Below the pieces are notes generated by a model that ran no database searches, was not told the DNA's origin, and saw only the letters and a program-made list of their open reading frames with translations. Positions 36,545 to 45,889 of a DNA stretch of 45,889 nucleotides are shown one piece after another; the stretch's first letter is position 1, and every line of letters starts with the position of its first letter. The stretch comes from a bacterium (GTDB taxonomy: Bacteria > Patescibacteriota > Microgenomatia > Levybacterales > UBA12049): NCBI GenBank assembly GCA_021791545.1, contig JAJYWL010000011.1, forward strand, positions 1-45,889, written 5' to 3'. The translations under genes were made by a program, and so were the position numbers.

Positions 36545-36581
36545 AGATAAATTATCTCATTATTTATCTTTTCGGACAACT

Positions 36582-37037
36582 TTAATAAATTTTCTTAATT
36601 ATGTAAATCTTTATTTTACTATTGGGAGCCATTATTTCTATACTTTGACTACTTTCTTTGTTCATTAATTCTTTCCCTAAAGGAGAGTTCTGAGATATCT
36701 TTCCTTCCCTTGGATTTGCTTCAAAGTCCCCTACGATTTCAAATTCTTTGGTCTCCCCTTCTGTTTCCAGTAAAATTTTTGATCCAAGATCTATTTTATT
36801 TTTTGAAACTTTTTTGATAGGAGTTGCATAGGTCAGAAAATATTTAATTCTTCTTAATTGTCTGTCTATATCGTAAAGTTCAGATTTAGCGGCTTTGTAG
36901 AGTCCGTTTTCCGAAAGATCTCCCATTTCTCTGGCACGAGAAACACTTTTTACTGTTTCTTTTCTTCTTTGGGTTAGTTCCTCTTGTTCTTTCTTAAGTT
37001 TTTCGAGGCCTTCTTCGGTAAAGGGAATCCTTTTCAT
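36582..37037 (-). CDS. greA: Transcription elongation factor GreA
   Basis: AREMGDLSENGLY, ISQNSPLGKEL. Confidence 0.93.
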   Translation of the reverse strand: MKRIPFTEEGLEKLKKEQEELTQRRKETVKSVSRAREMGDLSENGLYKAAKSELYDIDRQLRRIKYFLTYATPIKKVSKNKIDLGSKILLETEGETKEFEIVGDFEANPREGKISQNSPLGKELMNKESSQSIEIMAPNSKIKIYIIKKIY

Positions 37038-37038
37038 T

Positions 37039-37665
37039 TCAATTATTCGGAGGCTCTACAGAGACTTTACCAAGCTCATCTTCAGTTAATGTTTCTCCGT
37101 GAATATTGGCGACCATTTTTCCGTCTTGGTCTTGCTGAAGGTTAACAAATTCTCCTCCTTCGGGTTCAACAAAACCTGAAGTCATCTGTCCAATGCTGAT
37201 ATATAAATTTTCCTCTGTATCGATTCCCAGATTGTTTACCACAGCTGGTATAGTGATCCAGAGTCCCTGTTTTCTTGAGTCGGCAGCATTCTGTCCCTTT
37301 GTTATTTCAGGGTGTTCGATATAGAAGGTTGTTGCACCTTTAAGGTCTACGCCGTTCCATGATTTTACTTTCTCCCATGAGACAACATTACTTCCTGATT
37401 GACTACCGCCGGGAATATCGGGGCTTGTTCTTAAGTTAACTCCTTCCGATATTTTGAAATCTCCCGTATATGCTTCGCTTGGTTTTGGATCAAAACCCTT
37501 TAAGACTTCTCCTGCTCCTAACGCTACAGCTGCGGCTACTCCTGCGCCCGCAACTACTTTAAGAGCATTACCCCATCTTCTTCTTGAAAGTTCTCTTCTT
37601 CTTACAGGATCATAAGCATGTTCGCGACTTCTTGGGAGGTCTCTTCTTTCTGCGTATTCAGTCAT
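37039..37665 (-). CDS. Membrane-anchored hypothetical protein with SH3b-like segment
   Basis: Arg-rich N-terminus, TM VVAGAGVAAAVALGA, GVNLRTSP. Confidence 0.55.
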   Translation of the reverse strand: MTEYAERRDLPRSREHAYDPVRRRELSRRRWGNALKVVAGAGVAAAVALGAGEVLKGFDPKPSEAYTGDFKISEGVNLRTSPDIPGGSQSGSNVVSWEKVKSWNGVDLKGATTFYIEHPEITKGQNAADSRKQGLWITIPAVVNNLGIDTEENLYISIGQMTSGFVEPEGGEFVNLQQDQDGKMVANIHGETLTEDELGKVSVEPPNN

Positions 37666-37702
37666 ATATTCAGCCTAGCATGAGGCTATAAATTTGTCAA
37701 AC

Positions 37703-39160
37703 CTAATTAAAGAATTTATCTACTAAAAGTTTCTGTAGTTCGGTATCCATTCCGTCATATCCCAATGCCCATATTCCTACACCTTTAAGGGCCTTCTTAT
37801 TTATGAAGTCATATTTTATTCCCAATGACCTTACGTTATCAAAATGGACGACGTGCTGTTGGCCGTCAGTGTCTCTATACGTGTAGAAAGGTGTCTGCGA
37901 TGTGTCATTCCAGGATAGCTGGATATTTTTGCTGTTATCCTCAAGTACGGCATAAGGAAGTATTTGTGTAGTTGCGGCAGAAGGTGAAGCATCCGACGTT
38001 TCAAGCCAGTCATAGCCATAGTAAGGAACCGCAAGGATAAGTTTACTCGGAGGTACTTGTTCCAGATAATTTTGGACGTATCCGATTATATTCGTGTCTC
38101 CTCCCATAGCAGATACAGGTCCCGGGTTTCCTAGTGGCGTATGCATGTCGTAGCCCATTATTACGAATGCATCGATATTTGGTGCTAAAACAGGTATATC
38201 AAAAAGGTCTTTTTCCGAGCCTGATACAAGATACGTATCTACTGTCAAACTTGTGTTTGGGAATTGCCTTCTCATTTCGGCATTAAGATTTGTGATTAGT
38301 CTTGTAAAGCCGCTTCTGACTCCTTCCGAAGGTTCTCCTACATATTCAAAATCAATGTTTATTCCATCAAGGTTCTTGGAATTAAGAAGATATATGGCAT
38401 TTGAGATGAATGCTTTTTGAGAAGTATCGGATAACGAAAGTTTTTCTATATTATCGTTGTTAAAAGATTTGAGAGTAAGATAAACCTTGACGTTTTGGAG
38501 TTTTGCTCTTTTTATGAGTTTATCGACTTCCGGATTTTTCCACATAGCCCAACCGGGGTCCATCTGATCATTATTAGCCTTGGTGACTATATTTCCCTGG
38601 CTATCTGTCTCAAGACCGAAAAGACTTATTGAAGTAACAGTTTGCAGGTTAATTTTATCCTGTTCCGGGATCATCCAATATGGGAAAAATCCTAATACTT
38701 CTTTTTTTGGACTTCCCGTAATGGTAAGTTTAATATTGTTGCTTGGTACAGAAAAAGTTTTTGAAATATCTATTGGCTTAAGGTTTGCATAAACAATAGG
38801 GACAGCATTGGTTTTAAGAGTAATTGAAGTTGTTCCTGTCGTTTCTTGAGCAGGAGAGATGTTAATCTGGTCTTTACCTATGGAAATTTTTATAAAAGAA
38901 GGAATGGCTATAAGAAGTACGATTACGGCTGTTGCTACTATCCATCTTTTATTCAGTTTTATGTTTGGAAGTTTCTTAAATCCGATATGTTTCTCTTCTT
39001 TTTTGGGAGGAAGTGTCGCTCCACTTAGCGCAAGATTAAATTCTTCTTCCGTTGCTCCCACAGCCATCACATGTCTTTTTAATTCTTCTGTGTTTTGAGC
39101 GTATTCCGGCCTTACTTTAAGGTATTCTTTTATGAGCTTGATGTAATCTTCCCGCATCAT
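37703..39160 (-). CDS. Membrane-anchored glycoside hydrolase family 18
   Basis: LDGINIDFEY (DxxDxDxE-like), IMGYD, PYYGYDW, GVGIWALG. Confidence 0.92.
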   Translation of the reverse strand: MMREDYIKLIKEYLKVRPEYAQNTEELKRHVMAVGATEEEFNLALSGATLPPKKEEKHIGFKKLPNIKLNKRWIVATAVIVLLIAIPSFIKISIGKDQINISPAQETTGTTSITLKTNAVPIVYANLKPIDISKTFSVPSNNIKLTITGSPKKEVLGFFPYWMIPEQDKINLQTVTSISLFGLETDSQGNIVTKANNDQMDPGWAMWKNPEVDKLIKRAKLQNVKVYLTLKSFNNDNIEKLSLSDTSQKAFISNAIYLLNSKNLDGINIDFEYVGEPSEGVRSGFTRLITNLNAEMRRQFPNTSLTVDTYLVSGSEKDLFDIPVLAPNIDAFVIMGYDMHTPLGNPGPVSAMGGDTNIIGYVQNYLEQVPPSKLILAVPYYGYDWLETSDASPSAATTQILPYAVLEDNSKNIQLSWNDTSQTPFYTYRDTDGQQHVVHFDNVRSLGIKYDFINKKALKGVGIWALGYDGMDTELQKLLVDKFFN

Positions 39161-39242
39161 ATTTAGTATGCCTAATTTGATGCTCTTGTGTCAACCTGCT
39201 TGAGCTTGACAAACTTCTCCGCTGTGTCGCACAATTAAATTG

Positions 39243-40217
39243 ATGGACGAGAATAATACGCAGGGGAAAGAAGAAAAACCAAAGCTAAGAAATGAACTTT
39301 CCGGACTTATTGATCAATTTCTCGAATATTTGGAAATTGAGAAAAACTGCAGTAAGCTGACAATACGGGATTATAGGCATTATCTTGAGATATTCAACGA
39401 GTGGTTCTCCTCTACTCTTCCCGATAAATCATATGAAGATCTGGATCTTGCAACCGTTAGAAGATATAGGGTTTATCTTTCAAATAGAGTTGACGAGCAG
39501 GATATTCCTATTAAGCGTGTAACCCAAAATTATTATGTAATTGCCTTAAGATCATTTCTCCGTTTTCTTATAAAAAACGATTTTAAGACTCTTGAGCCTT
39601 CAAAAATTGATCTTCCTAAGACCGAAAGCAGAAGCCTTAAATTTCTGGAAAAAGAACAGGTAGATAGGCTCGTCACAAGTGTGGATACATCAACCGAAGA
39701 AGGAATCAGGGACAGGACAATTCTGGAGCTTCTCTTCTCCACCGGTCTTCGTGTATCCGAGCTTTGCAAATTAAATCATGCCCAGATTAATTTAGAGAGG
39801 CGTGAGTTCGGAGTCATCGGAAAAGGAGGAAGAGCAAGGGTCGTTTTTGTATCTGATAGGGCTGCCGATTGGATCAAAAGATATATGGATAAAAGAGAAG
39901 ATGACTATAAGCCTTTATTCATCAGATACTCTGGGTCTAAAAGTGAAGAGAATAACGGAGAGAAGATGAGACTTACTCCAAGAAGTGTCGAAAGGATAGT
40001 TAAAAAGTACGTGAGAGCAGCGAAAATACCTGTAGATGCGACCGTACATACATTAAGACATAGCTTTGCTACGGATTTGCTTACCAACGGAGCCGATCTT
40101 CGCTCTGTCCAGGAAATGCTAGGTCACAAGAATATCGCCACTACTCAAATATATACTCATATTACAAATAAACAGCTTCACGACGTCCATAAGAACTTCC
40201 ATTCAGGAAATAAGTAG
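39243..40217 (+). CDS. xerC: XerC/XerD-family tyrosine recombinase
   Basis: SAM-like N-domain; TGLRVSEL, GKGGRAR, HTLRHSFAT, LGH, TTQIYT; C versus D assignment is uncertain. Confidence 0.88.
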   Translation: MDENNTQGKEEKPKLRNELSGLIDQFLEYLEIEKNCSKLTIRDYRHYLEIFNEWFSSTLPDKSYEDLDLATVRRYRVYLSNRVDEQDIPIKRVTQNYYVIALRSFLRFLIKNDFKTLEPSKIDLPKTESRSLKFLEKEQVDRLVTSVDTSTEEGIRDRTILELLFSTGLRVSELCKLNHAQINLERREFGVIGKGGRARVVFVSDRAADWIKRYMDKREDDYKPLFIRYSGSKSEENNGEKMRLTPRSVERIVKKYVRAAKIPVDATVHTLRHSFATDLLTNGADLRSVQEMLGHKNIATTQIYTHITNKQLHDVHKNFHSGNK

Positions 40218-40341
40218 GCCTTTTTAGTAGCTTCCCTTTGCTTCGTATAAGGGTTAATTTACAAACTTATAGTGAAATTACTCCTTGCAGTGTCTTTTTT
40301 TGTCTGTTAAGATGCCAAACTTGTGTGCTGCCCGCACATTT

Positions 40342-40914
40342 ATGAGAAGAAAACCTTTTCGGAATATTTTATTAATATTAGCGGTAATTACTTTACTCTT
40401 CAATTCCTTTCAAATTGTTATTCCTCAAGCATCAGCCGATAACGGTGAATCTGCCGTACTTTCTAAAATGGGATCTTTCAATCCAAAATTAACCTCCGAT
40501 GTAAGCATGTATTATCCAATATATAAGGCCGTTGCAGATAAGTATGGAATAGATTGGTACCTTCTTTGGATCGTTCATGAGGCTGAGAGTGGAGCTTCGG
40601 ATTCTGTAAGAGCGTTTAACGGAGGAAGTGCTCCCTATTACGGAGCAATGCAAAGGAATGTTTACATCTGGTCTCAAAGTTATGTTAATACTGCAGCATC
40701 CGGTTTAGATTCTTTGGCTTCCCTTCCTCAAAGACATCCCGACGATTGGAGAGAAATAGCTGCTGCAGGACTTATGATAAGTACAAACATAAAGGATCAT
40801 TCATACTTAGGGCCTAATGGCTCCGTGCTCACTGCTCTTCTTCGGTATTCTGCAGCAGGACCTGCTTATCTTAGGTTCTATAAGTGGGAACAATACAAGC
40901 AAATCTTCGGTTGA
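40342..40914 (+). CDS. Secreted lysozyme-fold / lytic transglycosylase-like protein (start moved to MRRKPF)
   Basis: Signal peptide; YKAVADKYGIDWYLLWIVHEAES and YGAMQ. Confidence 0.65.
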   Translation: MRRKPFRNILLILAVITLLFNSFQIVIPQASADNGESAVLSKMGSFNPKLTSDVSMYYPIYKAVADKYGIDWYLLWIVHEAESGASDSVRAFNGGSAPYYGAMQRNVYIWSQSYVNTAASGLDSLASLPQRHPDDWREIAAAGLMISTNIKDHSYLGPNGSVLTALLRYSAAGPAYLRFYKWEQYKQIFG

Positions 40915-40978
40915 GCTTGACTTTGCTACTCCATTTATCCTATAATTTTTAACATCCTCTCTCCGGGATCTCACAAAT

Positions 40979-41755
40979 ATGAAAGAAAAACGAGATTTTA
41001 TTCTTATTGGTTCAGAGCTTGCATTTGCGGGTGCTCTTTTATTTACGGCTTCTCAAGTTGCCGGCAAATCTCCTACAAAAGAGCCGATAATTCCTGAAGA
41101 TGCATTCAAGCCTATGATCATGCCTTTGGAAACTGCACCTCCTACGCCGACTTTGGTTTTCGAATCCCCGATTATCTCTTCGGATTCTTCAGACACTTCA
41201 AATAAAAGACCAAGACAAGAAACCCAAGCTCTTTCTCCTACTGATTTAAAGCTGGAGACATATAGAAGTCAGCTTGATGACTTACTAATGCAGATGGAAA
41301 AAAGACCGGATGTTTTTGGGCCAAGACTGATTAAAGATATAACGATGTATTATCCGATGTATAAAGCAGTAGCCGATAAATATAATATTGACTGGAAGCT
41401 TTTATGGATAACTCATGAATATGAATCAGGTGCATCTAATAGCAAGAAAGCTTTCAACGGATCTACTTACCCTTACTTTGGAGGTATGCAAAGAAACGTA
41501 AATACTTGGTCTCAGTCATATGTTAACGGAGCTTTCAATGGTTTGGAATTTCTTAACGAATTACCCATGAGAAATAAGACAGATGCTATGGAAATAGCCG
41601 CAGCGGGAAAAACTCTTGCGGTAAATTATCATCATTATGAAGCAAGCGGAAATCAAAGAGCAATCTTTAATTCATTTAAACTCTACGTAGGTTCTTCTAG
41701 TATGGCTCAACTTCGCCTTGATAGATTGATGCTTTTTGCGGATGCTCTTTCCTAG
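40979..41755 (+). CDS. Paralogous lysozyme-fold / lytic transglycosylase-like protein
   Basis: YKAVADKYNIDWKLLWITHEYES, FGGMQRNV; clear similarity to the upstream gene. Confidence 0.65.
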   Translation: MKEKRDFILIGSELAFAGALLFTASQVAGKSPTKEPIIPEDAFKPMIMPLETAPPTPTLVFESPIISSDSSDTSNKRPRQETQALSPTDLKLETYRSQLDDLLMQMEKRPDVFGPRLIKDITMYYPMYKAVADKYNIDWKLLWITHEYESGASNSKKAFNGSTYPYFGGMQRNVNTWSQSYVNGAFNGLEFLNELPMRNKTDAMEIAAAGKTLAVNYHHYEASGNQRAIFNSFKLYVGSSSMAQLRLDRLMLFADALS

Positions 41756-42489
41756 AAAGTTTCGTAGGAGATAGTTACTGTAGTCGATACTGAATTTTCT
41801 CCGGGTTGTAATTGAGTAGGCGCTGAGTTATTAAGGGCTTTCATGTCAGCTGCTCCCATCCCTAGTGGCATTGGTCTTGGTGAGGAACTGTTTTCTGTAA
41901 CGTTAACTATCCTTCCTAAATTTATTCCCGCGGCTTTAGCAAGTGAGCCTGCTTTCTGCTTAGCTTCGGAAACTGCTTCTTCTCTTGCTTTGTTTTCAAG
42001 AGACTTCTGAAGCTCGTCGCTAAATGTAAAGTTAATTCCATTCACAAGATTTGCCCCGTTTGCAGTTGCTCCGTCTATTACGGAGTTTACTTTATCAATG
42101 GGTTTCACTTTAACTTCCAAAGTTGCAGTTACATTATATAGTTTTGTTTGGTAATCCTGATTTATTGAATATTGAGTTGTTTTTATATTTTTGTCTTCTA
42201 TTCCTTTAGATTTGATGTCTGAGATTATTTTATTGATAGAAGTATTTGTCTGGTTTTGTGCATCGAGTACGCTTCCCGATGATTTTGTCACTCCAAGATC
42301 TACGACTGCTTGGTCGGGGGCTGCGGTTTCCTCACCTGTTCCTGAAACACTAAATAGATCTGATTTGGTTGTCTGAACGCTATTGATAAAGAATGGAATT
42401 GGTCCTGCAAGTTTCGTATAAAGAAATAATCCGAGGAAAAGAATTACGATGAAAATAAATGGAGTCTTAATTGCTTCCCAATACTTCAT
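41752..42489 (-). CDS. SIMPL (DUF541) domain protein
   Basis: VSGTGEETAAPDQA, AREEAVSEAKQKA, PGENSVSTTVTISY. Confidence 0.9.
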   Translation of the reverse strand: MKYWEAIKTPFIFIVILFLGLFLYTKLAGPIPFFINSVQTTKSDLFSVSGTGEETAAPDQAVVDLGVTKSSGSVLDAQNQTNTSINKIISDIKSKGIEDKNIKTTQYSINQDYQTKLYNVTATLEVKVKPIDKVNSVIDGATANGANLVNGINFTFSDELQKSLENKAREEAVSEAKQKAGSLAKAAGINLGRIVNVTENSSSPRPMPLGMGAADMKALNNSAPTQLQPGENSVSTTVTISYETF

Positions 42490-42513
42490 AAAATATATAC
42501 TAGAGCCTTAAAA

Positions 42514-43332
42514 TTATTTTGTCAATTCCGAAGCCTCTACTAAATTCCGCATAAGCATTGTCACATTAACCGGTCCTACTCCTCCGGGTGTGGGAGTATA
42601 ATAGGAAGCAATATCTTTTATTTCATCTTCTTCGTAATCTCCCTTTAATTTACCCATTTCGTTTATATGCATTCCAATTCCAATAACGACAGTTCCTTGT
42701 TTAAGATATTCGGGATTAATTACTTTTTTTCCTACTGCTGAAATTACAATGTCAGAATTTTCCAAGATTTCTTTCTTTTGTTCTTCTGTTGTTTTGCTAT
42801 CAATTACGTTTGGTTCTATTCCAAGTTTTCCAAGATGCTCAATGGTTGGTTTTCCCGCGGTAATCCCCTTCCCTATTACGGTGATTTTTTTACCATCTAA
42901 TTGTTCAATTCCTACGCGTTTGAGAATTTCCATTACTGCTATTGCAACGGGAACTCCAAATCTTGAGGAAGGATTGAAACCGTCTATATCTTTTTCGGGA
43001 ACAACTGCTTCGGCAATTACTTCTTCGTTTATTTGTTTTGGCATCGGCCTTTGAACAATGATTCCGTTAATCTCACTATCTTTATTTGCATTTTCAATAA
43101 TTCTGAGAAGTTCTTCTTGAGTTGTGGTGTTTGGAAGTCTTTTAACAATAGCGACTGCTCCAATTTCTTCTGTTCTCAATAACTTTTGTTTTATATATGA
43201 TTCTGTCTGAGCGTCATCTATTAACATGACAATGAGAAAATGAGGGGTGATCCCTTTTTCTTTTAATTTATCTACTCTTTCCTTAAGTGAGGAAATAATT
43301 TCTGATGCTATTTGTTTGCCGTCAATTCTCAT
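42514..43332 (-). CDS. folD: Bifunctional methylenetetrahydrofolate dehydrogenase/cyclohydrolase
   Basis: IDGKQIA, GIIVQRP, KDIDG, TPTPGGVGP. Confidence 0.93.
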   Translation of the reverse strand: MRIDGKQIASEIISSLKERVDKLKEKGITPHFLIVMLIDDAQTESYIKQKLLRTEEIGAVAIVKRLPNTTTQEELLRIIENANKDSEINGIIVQRPMPKQINEEVIAEAVVPEKDIDGFNPSSRFGVPVAIAVMEILKRVGIEQLDGKKITVIGKGITAGKPTIEHLGKLGIEPNVIDSKTTEEQKKEILENSDIVISAVGKKVINPEYLKQGTVVIGIGMHINEMGKLKGDYEEDEIKDIASYYTPTPGGVGPVNVTMLMRNLVEASELTK

Positions 43333-43376
43333 TCAAAGATTATATCTTAAAACCGAGGCTATTCTCAACCTGGATG

Positions 43377-45848
43377 TTATTCGCTTTTTTCTATACAGGC
43401 AGCGGAAGCTACGTGATCACTTGTGTCCGAGAATCTCATTAGGATTACTCCCTGTGTTGCTCTTGATAATCTTGGGACAGAATCTACGGGAATTTTTACA
43501 ACTTGTCCTTTTTTGGATGTCATTAATATGTCTTCGCTATTTGCCGGAATGATTTGAGAGGAAACTACTTTTCCTGTTTTTGCCGTAATTTCTGCGACTT
43601 TTACTCCTTGACCTCCTCTTCCCTGTGCCGGGAATTGATCAACCGATGTTTTCTTTCCAAGACCATTTTCCATTATCGTGAATACGTCAGACTTGTCTCC
43701 CTTTTTGACTACGTCCATTTGTATGACCTGGTCGTCAGAGCCAATCTTTATTCCTCTTACTCCCATTGTGTTTCTTCCCATAGGTCTTACACTCTTCTCC
43801 GAAAATCTTATAGATTTACCGTTTCTTGTTACCAAGAGAATGTCATCTTCTCCACTCGTGAATTTACTCCAGACTAATTCATCATTCTTATCTAGTTTAA
43901 TAGCAAGTATTCCTGTTCTTCTTATATTTTCAAATTCCGATAATTTGGATTTCTTTACTGTTCCGTTTCTTGTTGTAAGGAATACATATTTATTCTCAGG
44001 ATCTTTTGCTTTGTAGTTAATGAATGCCTCAACTTTTTCACCCGATTCAATGTTAAGAAGATTTACTATTGCCGTTCCTTTACTTGTTCTTGAACTCTCA
44101 TCAATTTCAAATGCTCTTAGTTGATAGACTTTACCTTTATTTGTAAAGAAGAGTAAATTGTCATGTGTCTGTGCAGATCTAATATCTGCAATTGTATCCT
44201 CTTCTTTTGTTGTCATTCCCTTGATTCCTTTTCCTCCCCTTTGCTGTGTCTTAAAGGAAAGCATGCTTTGTCTTTTTATGTATCCCGTGTATGTTAATGT
44301 TATTACCGTAGGTTCGTTTGGAATAAGATCTTCCTCCGAGAATTCATCAACTTTACTCTTATATACTTTTGTTCTTCTTGGATCAGAGTATTTTTCTTTT
44401 AATTTATCGAGTTCACCTTTTACAACTTCCAATATTTTTAAAGGATGTGCCAGTAAATCTTCAAGATATGCGATTGTTTCTTTTACCATCTGGTATTCAT
44501 CTTCTATTTTTTGTCTTTCTAATGCAGCAAGTCTTCTTAACTGCAAATCCAAAATTGCTGTTGCCTGGATTTCGGAAAGCTTGAATCTTTCCATCAAGTT
44601 CTTCTTTGCAGTTTCCTGATCTTTTGATTCCCTAATTGTCTTAATTACGGCATCAATATTTTCTACAGCAATCTTTAAACCTTCCAGGATATGAAGTCTT
44701 GCTTTTGCCTGTTTAAGTTCGAATTCGCTTCTTCTTTTAACTACCTGAAATCTATGTTTAACAAACTCTTCAAGGATTGTCTTAAGGTTAAGCGTCTGAG
44801 GAGTACCGTCTACCAGGGCAACTATATTTGCCGGGAAAGATGTCTGAAGCGCGGTGTACTTATATAGATTGTTAAGAACCTTTTTAGGAGATGCGTCTCT
44901 TTTAAGTTCTACTACTACTCTTATTCCGTGCCTATCTGATTCGTCTCTTAAGTCTGAAATTCCTTCAATCTTTTTTTCTTTTGCCAAGTCTGCAATTCTT
45001 GCAACAAGAAGTGCTTTATTTACCTGATAAGGAAGTTCGGTTATTATGATTGCGCTTTTTCCCTGTCCTATATCTTCGATTTCTGCTTTTCCTCTTATTA
45101 ATATTCTTCCTCTTCCCGATGTATATACATTCTTTATTTCTGTCCAGTCGTATATCTGTCCTCCTGTTGGGAAATCTGGGCCTTTTATATACTCCAAAAG
45201 TTCGTCTACTGTTGCTTCCGAGGACATGCTAAAGCTTTCAGGATCTACCTTCATTTTGCTTATAAGAAATTCCGTTGCTTCTATTACTTCTCCAAGATTG
45301 TGTGGAGGGATTTTTGTTGCCATTCCTACAGCAATACCTTCTGAACCCATTAGTAAAAGATTTGGAAGAAGGCTTGGAAGAAAGACAGGTTCTTTAAGAG
45401 TTGCATCAAAGTTATCTGTAAAATCGACGGTATCTTTTTCTATATCCAAAAGCATTTCTGAGGTAATCGCTGCCATTCTTGCTTCTGTATAACGCATAGC
45501 AGCGGGCGGATCTCCATCCATTGATCCGAAGTTTCCCTGTCCGTCAATGAGAGGATATCTCATTGAAAAGTCCTGGGCCATTCTTACTAAAGAGTCATAA
45601 ATTGCAACGTCTCCGTGAGGATGGTATTTTCCCATTACTTCTCCGACTGTTGTTGCACTTTTTGAATACTTTGCGCTGTGAGATAAACCTTTTTCATGCA
45701 TTGCAAAGAGGATTCTTCGGTGAACCGGTTTAAGACCGTCTCTAACATCGGGGAGTGCTCTTGATACTATTACAGACATTGCGTAGTCTAAATACGCACG
45801 CTTCATTTCCGAGGCTATTTCAGCTTTTTGTAGTTTTCCGATATCCAT
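43377..45848 (-). CDS. gyrA: DNA gyrase subunit A
   Basis: [25 protein letters not shown], GyrA-box QQRGGKG. Confidence 0.97.
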   Translation of the reverse strand: MDIGKLQKAEIASEMKRAYLDYAMSVIVSRALPDVRDGLKPVHRRILFAMHEKGLSHSAKYSKSATTVGEVMGKYHPHGDVAIYDSLVRMAQDFSMRYPLIDGQGNFGSMDGDPPAAMRYTEARMAAITSEMLLDIEKDTVDFTDNFDATLKEPVFLPSLLPNLLLMGSEGIAVGMATKIPPHNLGEVIEATEFLISKMKVDPESFSMSSEATVDELLEYIKGPDFPTGGQIYDWTEIKNVYTSGRGRILIRGKAEIEDIGQGKSAIIITELPYQVNKALLVARIADLAKEKKIEGISDLRDESDRHGIRVVVELKRDASPKKVLNNLYKYTALQTSFPANIVALVDGTPQTLNLKTILEEFVKHRFQVVKRRSEFELKQAKARLHILEGLKIAVENIDAVIKTIRESKDQETAKKNLMERFKLSEIQATAILDLQLRRLAALERQKIEDEYQMVKETIAYLEDLLAHPLKILEVVKGELDKLKEKYSDPRRTKVYKSKVDEFSEEDLIPNEPTVITLTYTGYIKRQSMLSFKTQQRGGKGIKGMTTKEEDTIADIRSAQTHDNLLFFTNKGKVYQLRAFEIDESSRTSKGTAIVNLLNIESGEKVEAFINYKAKDPENKYVFLTTRNGTVKKSKLSEFENIRRTGILAIKLDKNDELVWSKFTSGEDDILLVTRNGKSIRFSEKSVRPMGRNTMGVRGIKIGSDDQVIQMDVVKKGDKSDVFTIMENGLGKKTSVDQFPAQGRGGQGVKVAEITAKTGKVVSSQIIPANSEDILMTSKKGQVVKIPVDSVPRLSRATQGVILMRFSDTSDHVASAACIEKSE

Positions 45849-45889
45849 AATTTCCGATTGCCTTCCTCAATCTAAGGAAGATTTAGAGG

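Noticed and set aside
36590-36611. TTATGTAAAT resembling a XerD arm
   Set aside because: Inside greA coding sequence with no matching partner arm
39243-41755. Recombinase plus lysozyme-like genes read as a prophage or integron
   Set aside because: The recombinase is of chromosomal Xer type without the IntI insertion; no phage structural genes, att duplication or attC hairpins seen
479-45492. Many 60-300 aa ORFs antisense to or nested in recognised genes (e.g. 25901-26788, 7497-8114, 44158-44619, 24007-24387)
   Set aside because: Shadow ORFs of real genes with Ser/Phe/Ile-rich composition and no motifs or start signals
24029-45870. Identical 14-mer ATTGCCTTCCTCAA in two intergenic regions (24029 and 45857)
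   Set aside because: One 14-mer match is expected by chance in 46 kb, and its orientation relative to the downstream genes differs
1-45889. Alternative genetic code (UGA recoding as in some CPR lineages)
   Set aside because: Conserved genes translate full length in code 11 and TGA ends several genes at the expected positions

Overview
AT-rich chromosomal segment (genetic code 11) of what looks like a Patescibacteria/CPR genome, probably Microgenomates. This placement is inferred from the short RF1, the MGRG-type EF-P, the DUF5666/DUF5667 ECF module and the Cys-rich pilin. Housekeeping genes include ychF, rpsF-ssb-rpsR, ctpA, htrA, murB, prfA, rpmE, hisS, dnaB, tRNA-Leu(CAA), pepA, efp, an RluA-family synthase, yebC, a frameshifted murI, greA, a Xer recombinase, folD and gyrA; orphan genes are interspersed. 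Main observations: (1) a ~780 bp non-coding region (34331-35109) where gene orientation and KOPS-like octamers converge on a nearly palindromic 11-6-11 dif-like site (34826-34853), flanked by several other repeat motifs and 4.4 kb from a Xer gene, making it a candidate CPR terminus with a single-Xer dimer-resolution system; (2) one palindrome that reads as an ECF promoter on both strands; (3) an EXLDI regulator with a tandem palindromic operator and an unannotated membrane microprotein; (4) widespread leaderless-type gene starts, with perfect Shine-Dalgarno sequences mostly in front of small ORFs, several of them missed by the ORF track; (5) a cluster of secreted or membrane-anchored cell-wall hydrolase-like genes. 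No CRISPR array, rRNA or transposase was seen.
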